A stretch of 64,000 nt of DNA from an uncultured Halobacteriales archaeon. GTDB lineage: Archaea; Halobacteriota; Halobacteria; Halobacteriales; Hikarchaeaceae. Of the stretch, positions 30,383-43,364 are shown piece after piece; within the stretch, counting starts at the first letter, position 1, and each line of letters opens with the position of its first letter. The DNA lies in NCBI GenBank assembly GCA_964542445.1, contig CAZITY010000003.1:21886-85885 (forward strand). Reading direction: 5' to 3'. Both the position numbers and the translations under genes were made by a program. A model generated the notes under the pieces. The model made no database searches. It was not told the DNA's origin and was given only the letters and a program-made list of their open reading frames with translations.

Positions 30383-31753
30383 TCATTTTGCTCTGTTTAC
30401 CGATTCTTCGATCAGGGTAATCGCAGTTTCCAACAATTCATCGACCCGCTCACTTTCACAATACACTCGAATGACAGGTTCGGTGCCACTTGCCCGGACC
30501 AAAAACCAACCTTCCCTTCCTATACTCACCCGGATCCCATAGTCAGTGTTTATTTCCGCATCCTCAAATTTGGCTGGAAACACCGTTCTGAGATCAGTCA
30601 TTACTTGAGTTTTCACCGATTCAGGACACCGAACATTCCGTTTCTTGTACGGTCGCTCGGTAACTACCCGACGCAATGCTTGGACTGACCCACTAGCTCC
30701 GACCAATCTCGCGATAACTGCTGCACTAACGATCCCGTCGATCCACCACCCGAATCGAGGATGGATGTGTTTCCATGGTTCCGCCGCAAACACAACCGAT
30801 GTTTGACTTGAGCAACCCACCTTTCTAATCCCGTCTTGGAGACCCCCGAGACCGGTTCGGACAATTCGACCGCCTTCTTCCTTTACTCGCTCGTCCACCC
30901 GATCAGATGTGTTCGATGTCGTAACCACAACAGGATCCTCCACATCACTCTCACGCACGTATCGCTCGGCGATGATCGCGAGAATCGTATCCTCGTGAAC
31001 AATTTCTCCATCCTGCTGGACTACCACAATTCGATCTGCGTCACCATCATGGGCAACCCCTAAATCAAACGAACCATCTTCAACGAATGATTGAAACGAG
31101 CCAAGTGACTCGGGTGTCGGTTTGCTCCCGCGACCAGGGAAACAGCCGTCCACATTAGCGTTTACCGTGACAACATGCGCGCCCAAACGATCAAGCATCA
31201 ATGGGGTCGTGAGGCTTGCCATTCCATTCCCACAATCAACCGCAATCTTTACTCCGGCAATAGACCCTCCCCACTGCAACCCATACGCTTTCACGTCATC
31301 TAGATATCCCGATACCGGCTCACAACTTGTGGGAGTGGTCCATTCTTGCCACTCCGCTCCCCCGATGTCTGAATCAAACAGTTCTTTGAGCGTCCCTTCC
31401 TCTGATTGAGTATACTCACGCCCGCTAGTGAAAAATTTAAGACCGTTGTACGCTGGCGGATTATGGCTTGCAGTTACCATAATTCCCCATCCATCTTGGG
31501 ACGCATAGGCTAATACTGGAGTTGGGACCTCACCGGCGTCTCGAACCTGGACGCCAGCACTTAGTAACCCGCTAATCACAGCATGACTGATTCCACTACT
31601 CGTAACCCGCCCATCTCGCCCGACGTACACAATACCCCCTTCATCCTCATTTCTCACCTGGATTCCCGCCGCAAGACCAACCTGAACTGCTTTCTCTGGT
31701 GTCACTGAGTCACTCGTTAACCCCCGAATGCCCGCTGTCCCAAATAATCCCAT
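30383..31753 (-). CDS. phosphohexomutase (phosphoglucosamine mutase / phosphomannomutase family)
   Basis: Active-site serine loop TASHNPPAYNG, Mg loop DGDADR, and sugar-binding loops. The ATG at 31753 is preferred (MGLFGTAGIRG). Confidence 0.85.
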   Translation of the reverse strand: MGLFGTAGIRGLTSDSVTPEKAVQVGLAAGIQVRNEDEGGIVYVGRDGRVTSSGISHAVISGLLSAGVQVRDAGEVPTPVLAYASQDGWGIMVTASHNPPAYNGLKFFTSGREYTQSEEGTLKELFDSDIGGAEWQEWTTPTSCEPVSGYLDDVKAYGLQWGGSIAGVKIAVDCGNGMASLTTPLMLDRLGAHVVTVNANVDGCFPGRGSKPTPESLGSFQSFVEDGSFDLGVAHDGDADRIVVVQQDGEIVHEDTILAIIAERYVRESDVEDPVVVTTSNTSDRVDERVKEEGGRIVRTGLGGLQDGIRKVGCSSQTSVVFAAEPWKHIHPRFGWWIDGIVSAAVIARLVGASGSVQALRRVVTERPYKKRNVRCPESVKTQVMTDLRTVFPAKFEDAEINTDYGIRVSIGREGWFLVRASGTEPVIRVYCESERVDELLETAITLIEESVNRAK

Positions 31754-31812
31754 ATGCAACCATACACGTACCCGATGCTATTAGAACTCGGAATTATACG
31801 ACCGTCGAACCG

Positions 31813-32283
31813 CTAAATCTCAACACCGCTCGGAATCAAACTGTGCTGTCGTAACAACTCACCATCATTGCTGTAGACTAATAACGTCCGTTTCTCGAAC
31901 GACGCAATTGTCCCATCCTCTGAATTGATTTTCGCCGCATATCGAGCTATATCATCAGTGGATTCCCCATACCGACGAGCTGCAGTAATAAACGTCAACA
32001 TTTCCTCAATGTCCACATTAATTTCAGCAATGTATTCGCCGATTTCACGATTTGTTACGGCAACCACACCAGTTGGAGTTGCATCTTCTGACGAATCCTG
32101 TAAACGAATCGAAATATCAATCAATTGACCGTCAAGGATACCACCAGTGCTAGTGGTCAGTCGGGATTTAATCGACGAATGATCACCATCAAACGAAATC
32201 GATAAGACTGGTTGTTCAGGGTCGGTCTCCTCCCCGACCCACGAAACATGTAACACTTCCAATGTGAACTGCTCTCGCCGCAT
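31813..32283 (-). CDS. hypothetical acidic protein
   Basis: 156-aa ORF with ATG start and halophile composition. No recognisable motif. Confidence 0.45.
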   Translation of the reverse strand: MRREQFTLEVLHVSWVGEETDPEQPVLSISFDGDHSSIKSRLTTSTGGILDGQLIDISIRLQDSSEDATPTGVVAVTNREIGEYIAEINVDIEEMLTFITAARRYGESTDDIARYAAKINSEDGTIASFEKRTLLVYSNDGELLRQHSLIPSGVEI

Positions 32284-32429
32284 TACCTACAGCGTGCTAT
32301 GGGCTGCCGGGTCATGAACGTAACGCCCACGGCAGTCCAAACCGTCCGCTCTCCGTCTGACAAATCAAACCAACGAGCGCACAAAGATGATTACTTAATA
32401 CCCTCGCGAAACCAACCTTCCTCAACCCA

Positions 32430-33056
32430 ATGGCGAATCGAAGGGCTATCAAAGAAACCTACGATCAAATATCCCCACACTTCGCACAAACCCGACCGCT
32501 TCCATGGAAAGACGTCAGCGACTTTCTAACCAATCACTCCGGGGAGATCGGACTTGACCTAGGAACCGGTAATGGGCGTCACGCCCAACTCCTAGCAGAT
32601 CGAGTCAAACACGTAATCGGGATAGATCTCAGTAGCGTCGCCCTCGAACAAGCATTGAATCGCGCCTCAATCAAAGGATTCTCGATACACCCTATTTTGG
32701 GAGACGCCGTTTCTCTCCCAATCCAAAACCACATCATCGACATCGCAGTATATATCGCAACATTACACCACCTCCCAACTCGAGCTCTCCGAATCACCAG
32801 TTTAAATGAACTTGGCCGCGTTCTCTCCCCCACCGGGTGTGGAATAATCAGTGTCTGGAGCACCACCCACGACGCATTCAATCGGGCGGAGAGTTTCGAC
32901 ACCCATATCGATTGGACCCTCCCAGACGGCACCACTGTTCCCCGATTCTATCATATCTACGACCCAAATGATTTTTCAGAAGAACTCGCTGATAGCTCGT
33001 TAACAGTCAATCACGTTTTCCAATCTCACGGCAACTCGTACGCAATCATCGAATAA
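32430..33056 (+). CDS. class I SAM-dependent methyltransferase
   Basis: SAM-binding motif I LDLGTGNGRHAQLL and motif post-I VIGIDLS. 208 aa. Confidence 0.75.
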   Translation: MANRRAIKETYDQISPHFAQTRPLPWKDVSDFLTNHSGEIGLDLGTGNGRHAQLLADRVKHVIGIDLSSVALEQALNRASIKGFSIHPILGDAVSLPIQNHIIDIAVYIATLHHLPTRALRITSLNELGRVLSPTGCGIISVWSTTHDAFNRAESFDTHIDWTLPDGTTVPRFYHIYDPNDFSEELADSSLTVNHVFQSHGNSYAIIE

Positions 33057-33447
33057 CCGCTCTTACTCCATATCTCACGCTCGGATATTACTCGTTTCGT
33101 TCATATACCGTCACGGACGCTGAATCGGCAGCTTGCATCGTCATATCAGTTTTGAACTGTAATTGTTCCCTCATTTCAAAGTGTAAGATTGTTTAATCCG
33201 TTGCAGAATCGATTTGTAGTGAGAACTTGTTTTGTAAAGTTGTGATGGATGTGTCATTTTGGATTTTAAATATGGAGCTTCCTTATGAATGCAGTTGGAT
33301 CCGTTAGTGTTTTCGCGGTGCTTGGCCCGTTGAATTAATTACCAATTGGGTGCGAGATTGCTTTCGTAATGTGATTCAGGGACAAGGTGTTTAAATACAA
33401 TAAATGAAACATAATGGTTTTGAAGATTGATGGATAAACGTCGTCTA

Positions 33448-33518
33448 GCGCGGTTGGTCTAGCGGTATGACAGAAGCCTTCCAAGCTCCTAACCCGGGTT
33501 CAAATCCCGGACCGCGCA
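33448..33518 (+). tRNA. tRNA-Gly (anticodon UCC)
   Basis: Acceptor GCGCGGT/ACCGCGC, T-arm CCGGG-TTCAAAT-CCCGG, anticodon loop CTTCCAA. There is one A-C mismatch in the anticodon stem. It lies in an AT-rich intergenic region. Confidence 0.75.
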
Positions 33519-33824
33519 TTTCTATTATCTCCTTTGATTTGTCTCATTTTCTGAGAGGGATGTGGATGCGTACTAATATAATTAACCGGTTTTGATCAAA
33601 CCTTTAAAAATGCTTAAACTAGTCTTGCTCAGAAGTTTTATCGGGTATTCTCCCTGTTGACGATTTGCCCGTTTCGCGTCAGTTATTTTTATAAAAATCG
33701 ATTAGCCCGTAAAATCTTCTAATGCGTGAATTTAAATGGATTGGTAACGGCAGATATTCTCACTCATGGGTAACGATTTTATTTCAGGAGAGGGATTAAA
33801 ATCTTTAATAACCAGAGATTGAAT

Positions 33825-34502
33825 ATGGAATTCGTTAAAACTGGAGTAAAAGGAATTGATTCGATTCTCAACGGTGGAATCGTTAACAATTCTACTGTTC
33901 TTGTTAGTGGGACCCCTGGCACAGGGAAGAGTATTTTCGGGATCGAATATATTTATCGTGGTATTGATAAATTTGATAAAAAAGGTGTCTACTTATCCTT
34001 TATGGAAACTGAATCAGATATTCAACAGGCAGCTGAGTCCATTGGGTTTGAAAATTGGGAATATTACGTTGATTCCGGAGATATCAAGATTTTTGATAAA
34101 CAAGTATTAATTCGGGAAAAAAATTTTTCCTCTACTCTCGATCGGTTACTAACCGATTTGCAAGAATCGGAATATAGTCGGCTAGTGATGGATTCTCTCA
34201 CAATGTTCCAGTTGTTTTTTGAAACCGAAAAGGAAAAACGGGCCTACCTACTCAAATTCTCTGATATCCTAAAACAAAATGGGTTCACCTCCTTATTCAT
34301 TTCAGAACAAGCCTCAAAATTCCCTGATATTGAAGTTACTCTCGAGAATTTTCTCACGGATGGGAATATCTACATGCTCCAATCGCCCACCGAGTCCGGT
34401 GTAAACCGGTACATTTGGATTGCAAAAATGCGGAAACAAAACTTCCAGAATAATATTCTCCCAATGGATATCAAAGAAGGTGGAATTGTGGTACATGAGT
34501 GA
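33825..34502 (+). CDS. single-domain KaiC/RecA-superfamily ATPase (KaiC-like, FlaH/ArlH-like fold)
   Basis: Walker A GTPGTGKS and Walker B RLVMDSLT, ~226 aa. Strikingly AT-rich (~36-38% GC), unlike the flanking core genes. ATG at 33825. Confidence 0.75.
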   Translation: MEFVKTGVKGIDSILNGGIVNNSTVLVSGTPGTGKSIFGIEYIYRGIDKFDKKGVYLSFMETESDIQQAAESIGFENWEYYVDSGDIKIFDKQVLIREKNFSSTLDRLLTDLQESEYSRLVMDSLTMFQLFFETEKEKRAYLLKFSDILKQNGFTSLFISEQASKFPDIEVTLENFLTDGNIYMLQSPTESGVNRYIWIAKMRKQNFQNNILPMDIKEGGIVVHE

Positions 34503-34618
34503 GCTTCTGAGTTTTTGTATTTTTGTGAGAATCAGGAGATAGCTCAACTTTTCAGGACTTACCTTATCCCATCGGGACATTTATTAATATTGATAGAGAC
34601 TATTTTTCTTGATAACTG

Positions 34619-34957
34619 ATGGCTTCCATCGAAGTCCTGAATGTATTAGGTAATCAATACAATGCGGAAATCCTCCAAGCAACTCACACCCCCCAGTCTG
34701 CACAGGATTTGAGCCAAAAACTAGATGTTCCAATAGCAACATGTTATCGTCGGATAGAAGAGCTGATGGAAGCTGATTTGCTTGAATTGTATGATCGACT
34801 GCTGTCCGATGAGAATCGAAGAACAAATGTCTATCGTAGGAATGTCGATGAAATCCGGGTGCAATTTGATGGAGAGGAATGTATCGTCGAGGTCGAAGGT
34901 CGATCTGAAATCAAAAATAAACTCGATGACGTGTGGCATACTTTGTCCGATGGCTAA
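34619..34957 (+). CDS. small winged-helix DNA-binding protein (ArsR/TrmB-like HTH)
   Basis: 112 aa with ATG start. HTH segment AQDLSQKLDVPIATCYRRIEEL followed by a short beta-rich C-terminus. Low GC (~42%). Confidence 0.6.
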   Translation: MASIEVLNVLGNQYNAEILQATHTPQSAQDLSQKLDVPIATCYRRIEELMEADLLELYDRLLSDENRRTNVYRRNVDEIRVQFDGEECIVEVEGRSEIKNKLDDVWHTLSDG

Positions 34958-36099
34958 CGTGGTTTTCAGGTATAGCGTTATATTAAGTGGGGCGTGATAT
35001 TGTTTCATGTAATGTTAATATAAATTTCGGATTTCACGGATAGCGTCTATTGCCATTTGTTTTCAATGATATATAGTTTCAATTTAAATTCAAAATGCCC
35101 TAGCTGGACAAGTGATCATTGAAATAGCAGCAATACCCTACTTCAAGACACAGTACCACAAGATGCGACGCTTTCCAATAGGGACCCGATAATTAAGGAA
35201 ATGCTTGGAGAGGAATCATAATGGTAACGACAAGTGTGGCTCCGACTCTGAGAATACTATTAAATGTTGACCGATTCAGAGTCACACGAGTGTAGTTTAA
35301 CTATGTTGACATTGAATTAACGAGTTTACAATAGAGACCATAAGTATGCGGATTTTCAGTTGGGGATTTCCGGAGTCAATCTATCATTTTGAGAATACCC
35401 GAACCCTTATGCATTCCTTCTCGGTTTGACCGCCTCTAAAATTACACCGGTCGGAGTCTCCAAAACCACAGGGGGACGATTATCGCAATCCAAAACTCGA
35501 TGATAATCAATAACTGGCGGAACATTAACCCAGGATTACCGGGGAAAAGCAACAACGGAAGGCCAATAATTCGAAAAATCCAGGTATATTCACGGGAAGT
35601 TCAATGAACGCCAGATCAGTAGCACTGCCCATAGTAAACCCACCACTCCCACCTGGCCCCACCCCAATGGGCCCGGTGAATGAATTGGCCATACTCGCTA
35701 ACGAGCCTTTGATATTTTTATTCCCGGTAACGATTGGTTTGTACGACCAATCTGGGACAAGGCACCAATCGATAAAGGATGAGATAGTCATCTCTAATCG
35801 CAATAAAAAAACTGTTAACCCAAAGATCAACCCTCCAGCCTCTTGGTGGAATTTATACCCATCGGGCAACTCTCGAATCCAATTTCTCCTTGAATGGAAT
35901 CACTAACTGTTCAACTATTTAACTTCACCGGGCTCAGTTATCAAACTGAAAAACCATAGCGGTCAGTACCGACCTTGAATTCTGACTATTCCTCAACATA
36001 TCTTATAGAACTAACAGACCATTGACGTGTCAAAAACAAATATCATACCCACTGCAAACCTACAAAAACCAAACCTTAGTTACACAAACCCAGCCAAAA

Positions 36100-36633
36100 T
36101 TAATGCGACGGCGACCCTGCCGGGGCTCGCATATCCTCAATCTCTAGAATCAAAATATTACTCGTCTCATCTATCCCCTCAACGGTCCCCTCAACCACTA
36201 ATTTCGACAACGGTGTCGGCCCAACTTTAATTGAATCTCCCTCATGAAAATCTCGCACTGACCCACGAATACGGATTTCCGCCCGACACAAATTTGGATG
36301 ATGCACACTCGATAACACGATTTCCTCAACATTCAAATCTCCAATTTCGTTACCGTTCACCAACAATGGAACTTGCGCTGGCTGATCCATCTGATCGATC
36401 CCCAACGCTTCATACGCATTCGCTGTCGGCTTATACCCACCCTTCGGTCCAGGGACACCCTCAACCAACTGTAACGCCTTCAAACTCTGCATTTGATTCC
36501 GAATCGTCCCCGGATTCCGATCGACCTCCTCAGCGATATCTTCCCCTTTAATTGCTTCCTCTTTTTCACGAAACAAATTTACAAGTGCAGAAAGAATCGT
36601 TTTCTGACTGGGCGTTAATTCGATTGTCGACAT
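36100..36633 (-). CDS. winged-helix transcription regulator with C-terminal beta-rich domain
   Basis: 177 aa with ATG start. N-terminal wHTH (LTPSQKTILSALVNLF...GTIRNQMQSLKALQLVEGVPGPKGGYKPT). Native-like GC. Confidence 0.6.
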   Translation of the reverse strand: MSTIELTPSQKTILSALVNLFREKEEAIKGEDIAEEVDRNPGTIRNQMQSLKALQLVEGVPGPKGGYKPTANAYEALGIDQMDQPAQVPLLVNGNEIGDLNVEEIVLSSVHHPNLCRAEIRIRGSVRDFHEGDSIKVGPTPLSKLVVEGTVEGIDETSNILILEIEDMRAPAGSPSH

Positions 36634-36753
36634 GGTTTTATATTGGATAGTTAATTCCTTAAACCCGATGGTCAGGTAGGTATTCTCCGGTACCTACCAG
36701 ATAGCTACAAGAAAACCAGTACGCCTATTGCTCGTCCCAAAAAGAATCCGCGT

Positions 36754-37674
36754 ATGAATGGTGCTTCGATACTCGTCACCGGCGGAGCTGGATTCATCGG
36801 CTCGAATCTCGCGAACTATCTCGCAGATACCAACGACGTGATAGTCATTGATGATTGTTCGCTCGGCACCCCAACGAATCTCTCAAACAAAGTTGATTTC
36901 CAATCACGGAGCGTACTTGAAGACGACCTACCAACAGCTGTCGATTATGTGTTTCACCTAGCCGCGTTATCGTCTTACAAAATGCACGAGGAAACCCCAG
37001 ATCACGGCGCCAGAGTAAATGTTGAGGGTTTCGTTAACGTCGTAGAGCAAGCCCGAAAATCCGGGTGTGACACCATCATTTATGCATCAACATCCTCGAT
37101 TTATGGAACCAGAACTCAACCCACAACCGAAACCACCGAAATAACGACTAATACCGGGTACGAAGCCTCGAAACTTGCTCGTGAAAAATACGCAGAATAT
37201 TTCTCGAACCACTACGATCTGACTACCGCTGGCCTCCGATTTTTCTCCGTGTACCAAGGCTACGGAGGTGCAGAAGAACACAAAGGTGAATTCGCGAACG
37301 TCATCGCGCAATTCGCCGATGATATTGCTCACGACCGCCGACCAAAACTCTATGGTGACGGAACACAGAGCCGAGATTTCACACATGTCAATGATGTCGT
37401 CCGGGCAATCGTCGCTGTCGCCAATCACGATCTCTCAGGAATTTATAACATCGGGACCGGAAACCGGTATAGCTTCAATACCGTCGTCGACATGCTAAAC
37501 GACCAATTAGGGAAATCAATCTCACCTCAATACGTAGAAAACCCCATTCCCGCGGATGTTTACGTCACGCACACCTGCGCCAGTAGCTCGAAACTACGAA
37601 CCGCCACAGGCTGGCAACCCGAAATCCCATTCGACGAGGGAATCAAACGTGTCTGTGACCACTACCTTGCCTAA
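36754..37674 (+). CDS. NAD-dependent nucleotide-sugar epimerase/dehydratase (SDR extended family)
   Basis: N-terminal Rossmann motif ILVTGGAGFIGSNL, catalytic YxxxK (YEASK), 306 aa. Confidence 0.85.
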   Translation: MNGASILVTGGAGFIGSNLANYLADTNDVIVIDDCSLGTPTNLSNKVDFQSRSVLEDDLPTAVDYVFHLAALSSYKMHEETPDHGARVNVEGFVNVVEQARKSGCDTIIYASTSSIYGTRTQPTTETTEITTNTGYEASKLAREKYAEYFSNHYDLTTAGLRFFSVYQGYGGAEEHKGEFANVIAQFADDIAHDRRPKLYGDGTQSRDFTHVNDVVRAIVAVANHDLSGIYNIGTGNRYSFNTVVDMLNDQLGKSISPQYVENPIPADVYVTHTCASSSKLRTATGWQPEIPFDEGIKRVCDHYLA

Positions 37675-37733
37675 CCTTTCACCAAATCCCATCCCCAACG
37701 GTTCTTACCACACCTCAGCCTAGAACAGACACA

Positions 37734-38645
37734 ATGACGAATACCATTCGGGTTCTCGGTGTCCCGACTGATTTCGGAACCGACAGACGCGGGGTCGACA
37801 TGGGCCCATCCGCGATCCGTTACGCCGGGTTAATCAAAACCCTAGATGACATTGCGACCCAATGTACTGACGAGGGAAACATCACGCCCTCGAATCAATT
37901 CGAACCTGATACCAACAAAACCAATGACGAACCAGAGTGGCTGGCCAACACCGCAAGTATCTCGACCACCACAGCCACTTGGGTGCAAAACTGCCTAGCT
38001 GACGGCGATTTTCCTGTCATTCTCGGTGGTGATCACTCGATTACAATCGGGACCCTCACCGGTGCAGCTGCCGATGCAACCATTGGTGTCATCTGGCTCG
38101 ATGCCCACGGCGATTTCAACACACCAGAAACCTCCATTACTGGTAACGTCCACGGTATGGCTCTCGCTGCCGTTCTCGGCCGGGGATCATTTTCACACTA
38201 CGACTGGGCAACTACTCCAAATATCCCCGAATCAAACGTTGTATGGGTCGGCCTCAGAGACCTCGATCCCGCCGAACGGACTGCCATACAAAACAGTGAC
38301 GCCACAGCATTCTCAATGTCCGACATCGATAACCACGGGATCGGCTCTATCATCGAGGACGCTCTCGAAATCGCAACAGCAAACGTGGACGCGATTCACG
38401 TAAGCCTCGACATGGACTTCCTCGACCCAAATGAAGCCCCTGGCGTCGGAACACCCGTCCAAGGCGGGGTCACCTACCGAGAAGCCCACCTCGTCCTCGA
38501 ACAAATCGCAGCCTGGAACAGCAAACACGATATTCTCAGATCTCTTGACCTCGTAGAAATCAATCCAATCCTTGATGACCGCAATAAAACCGCCAAACTT
38601 GCAATCGAACTCGTCGCCAGCGCCCTCGGCAAACGCATCATCTAA
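37734..38645 (+). CDS. arginase-family ureohydrolase (arginase/agmatinase/formiminoglutamase type)
   Basis: Mn-binding motifs GGDHS, DAHGD, and SLDMDFLDP. 303 aa. Confidence 0.8.
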   Translation: MTNTIRVLGVPTDFGTDRRGVDMGPSAIRYAGLIKTLDDIATQCTDEGNITPSNQFEPDTNKTNDEPEWLANTASISTTTATWVQNCLADGDFPVILGGDHSITIGTLTGAAADATIGVIWLDAHGDFNTPETSITGNVHGMALAAVLGRGSFSHYDWATTPNIPESNVVWVGLRDLDPAERTAIQNSDATAFSMSDIDNHGIGSIIEDALEIATANVDAIHVSLDMDFLDPNEAPGVGTPVQGGVTYREAHLVLEQIAAWNSKHDILRSLDLVEINPILDDRNKTAKLAIELVASALGKRII

Positions 38646-38757
38646 AACGCCGAACAAATACTCGACCCATCACTCAGAATTTCAGTTTTCTCTAAACACG
38701 CAGATAGCCCCTCTCGGGGGAAACCTACCGCACCAGCGACTCCCGAACCCCTACCAA

Positions 38758-41232
38758 TCATTCCCCGGACTCCCCGGGAATCACATCAATACTCCCCAAC
38801 GTATCCTCATTCGCCACATCAATCACGATTACTCCCATCGTATTCCGGCCCACAACACTAATCTCCTCAACCGGAGTTCGCATAATCTGCCCTGCCTCCG
38901 TCATCGCCAACAAATGCTCACCCGGACCCACCGTCGCAATCGAACACACCTCACCATTTCTCGCCGGTGTCTTAATATCAATCAATCCCTTGCCATTCCG
39001 CGACTGCACCCGATATTCCCGCAGCGCCGTTCGCTTCCCATACCCATGTTCCGTCACCGTTAACAACCACCGATCCGTCACAGCTGAAATCGCATCCATT
39101 CCGGCAACCGCATTCCCCTCATCTAACTTAATTCCATGGACCCCTCGGGCACTCCGACCCATCGGTCGAACCTCATCCTCGTGAAACCGAATCGCGCGAC
39201 CCTGTCGACTTGAAATAATAATATCCTGCGTACCGTCCGTCATCACTACATCCACCAATTCATCATTCGATTCTAGTTGCGTGGCAATAATCCCCGTCGA
39301 CAATATATTCTCAAAATTCTCCACCCGCGTCCGTTTCACAAACCCCTGCCGAGTCACCATCGTCAAGAACTCACCCGCTTCGAAATCATCCGTCGTAACC
39401 ACGGCCGCAATCTCCTCACCATCATCTAGCTCCAGAACATTCACCGCTGAAGTCCCGCGCGCCGTCCGACTCATCTCAGGAATATCATACACTTTCACCC
39501 GATACACCTGCCCGAAATTCGTGAAACACAACAAGTCGTCATGCGTACTTGCCTGGAACACCTGCGACACCCGATCAGAGTCCTTCGGATCCGCCCCAAT
39601 AATCCCCTTCCCACCGCGCCGTTGCGCCGAAAACTGCTCAACCGACATCCGCTTCACATAATCCTCAGCCGTCACCACAATAATCGTATCTTCTTCCGGA
39701 ATCAAATCCTCCCGTTTCCGTACACCAACATCCTCAATAATCTCAGTCCGCCGCTCATCACCATACTCCTCTTTCAATTCGGTTAATTCCTCCCGAATCA
39801 CACCAAGCAACTCCTCCTCCTCACCCAGAATCGTCTCTAACCGATCAATCTCAGCTAACAACCCCTCATACTCCTCCTCTACCTCTTCCGCCTCCAACGC
39901 CGTCAAACTCCCCAACTGCATCCGTACAATATGCTCAGCTTGCGCTTCAGAAAACCCAAACTCCGCCTCCAACGCACTCTTCGCCGCATCACGATCAGCC
40001 GACTCACGAATCGTCTCTACCACCGAATCCATTTGATCCAACGCCGCCAACCGCCCCTCCAACAAATGCGCTTGCTCCTCTGCCTCCGCCAACTCAAACT
40101 CACTCCGTCGCCGCACAACCTCACGCCGGTGATCCAAATAACACTCAAGCGTCTCCTTTAAATCCAAAATCTGTGGCTGCCCATCAACTAACGCTAAATT
40201 AATCACCCCGAACGTCGTCTCAAACACCCGATCCAACAATTGATTCTCCACCACATCCGTATTCGCCCCGCGTTGCAACTCAATAACCACCCGGATCCCG
40301 TCACGATCGGACTCATCCCGCAAATCACGAACCCCCTCAATTACTCCATCGTTCACCAAATCAGCAATTGACTCAACCATCCGGGACTTATTCGCCTGAA
40401 ACGGAATTTCTGTAACAACTATTCGATCACCACCTCCCTCATTCACCTCAACCTCATACTTCGCCCGCACTCGAACCCGCCCCCGACCCGTCTCATACGC
40501 AGAATAAATCGGCTCCCGACCGACAATCGTCGCCCCCGTCGGAAAATCCGGACCACGAACCGGCCCCGGATCCGACGGATGATGAATCAACTCACCCACC
40601 TCACACTCCGGATTATCAATCACATACAACGCCGCATCAATAACTTCATTCAAATTATGCGGAGGAATGTTCGTACTCATGCCAACCGCAATCCCCGAGG
40701 ACCCGTTTACCAACAACCCCGGCACCTTCGCCGGCAACACACTCGGTTCCTCTAACCGATCATCATAGTTCGACTCAAAATCAACCGTCTCTTTTTCAAT
40801 ATCCGCCAAAAACTCCTCAGCAATCGGCGCCATCCGCGCCTCCGTATACCGCATCGCCGCCGGCGGATCCCCATCAACCGACCCGAAATTCCCCTGTCCA
40901 TCCACCAACGGATACCGCATCGAAAACACTTGGGCCATCCGCACAAGCGTATCATAAATCGCTGAATCCCCATGGGGATGGAAATCACCCATCGTCTCCC
41001 CAACAATCGACGACGACTTCCGATGCCCAGCCCCACTCGTCACCCCGGCTCGATGCATCGCATACAAAATCCGTCGATGCACCGGCTTCAACCCATCACG
41101 CGCATCCGGCAACGCCCGTCCCGCAATCACACTCATCGCATAATCAATATACGACTGCTCCATCTCATCCTCAACCCGCACCCGCTCAATCCGATTCGCA
41201 ATATCGTCAGAATCCGACGGCTCAGAACTCAT
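38758..41232 (-). CDS. gyrA: DNA gyrase subunit A
   Basis: 824 aa. Active-site region with catalytic Tyr (AMRYTEARM), GyrA-box-like C-terminal beta-pinwheel repeats. Starts 2 nt after the gyrB stop. Confidence 0.95.
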   Translation of the reverse strand: MSSEPSDSDDIANRIERVRVEDEMEQSYIDYAMSVIAGRALPDARDGLKPVHRRILYAMHRAGVTSGAGHRKSSSIVGETMGDFHPHGDSAIYDTLVRMAQVFSMRYPLVDGQGNFGSVDGDPPAAMRYTEARMAPIAEEFLADIEKETVDFESNYDDRLEEPSVLPAKVPGLLVNGSSGIAVGMSTNIPPHNLNEVIDAALYVIDNPECEVGELIHHPSDPGPVRGPDFPTGATIVGREPIYSAYETGRGRVRVRAKYEVEVNEGGGDRIVVTEIPFQANKSRMVESIADLVNDGVIEGVRDLRDESDRDGIRVVIELQRGANTDVVENQLLDRVFETTFGVINLALVDGQPQILDLKETLECYLDHRREVVRRRSEFELAEAEEQAHLLEGRLAALDQMDSVVETIRESADRDAAKSALEAEFGFSEAQAEHIVRMQLGSLTALEAEEVEEEYEGLLAEIDRLETILGEEEELLGVIREELTELKEEYGDERRTEIIEDVGVRKREDLIPEEDTIIVVTAEDYVKRMSVEQFSAQRRGGKGIIGADPKDSDRVSQVFQASTHDDLLCFTNFGQVYRVKVYDIPEMSRTARGTSAVNVLELDDGEEIAAVVTTDDFEAGEFLTMVTRQGFVKRTRVENFENILSTGIIATQLESNDELVDVVMTDGTQDIIISSRQGRAIRFHEDEVRPMGRSARGVHGIKLDEGNAVAGMDAISAVTDRWLLTVTEHGYGKRTALREYRVQSRNGKGLIDIKTPARNGEVCSIATVGPGEHLLAMTEAGQIMRTPVEEISVVGRNTMGVIVIDVANEDTLGSIDVIPGESGE

Positions 41233-41234
41233 TA

Positions 41235-43148
<1,914 letters not shown>

Positions 43149-43364
43149 TTAATCTAGTTAGGTTCTGATGCCGTTTAAAGTGTCTGTTGCGGGCGCGCAC
43201 ATACGCGCAATTTCGTGATCGATCTGTCATTCGTGTGTCTGACGACATTGGGGATTACTGTTTGTTTTGGAAAGGATATACCCGTGAAATTACGGTACGG
43301 CGGTTACTTTCACTTTGCTATCCGGGATGTTTTAATGACCGCGCATCGTTTTCTTGACGAGAGA

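Noticed and set aside
35525-35906. Two mutually overlapping ORFs (114 aa minus strand, 100 aa plus strand) in the island spacer
   Set aside because: No motifs, non-halophilic composition, and they overlap each other on opposite strands. Insufficient evidence to call either a gene.
33057-36099. Looked for integrase, transposase, CRISPR repeats or att direct repeats around the tRNA-Gly island
   Set aside because: No integrase- or transposase-like ORF. No regularly spaced repeats. No obvious duplicate of the tRNA 3' end by eye. A computational repeat search is still needed.
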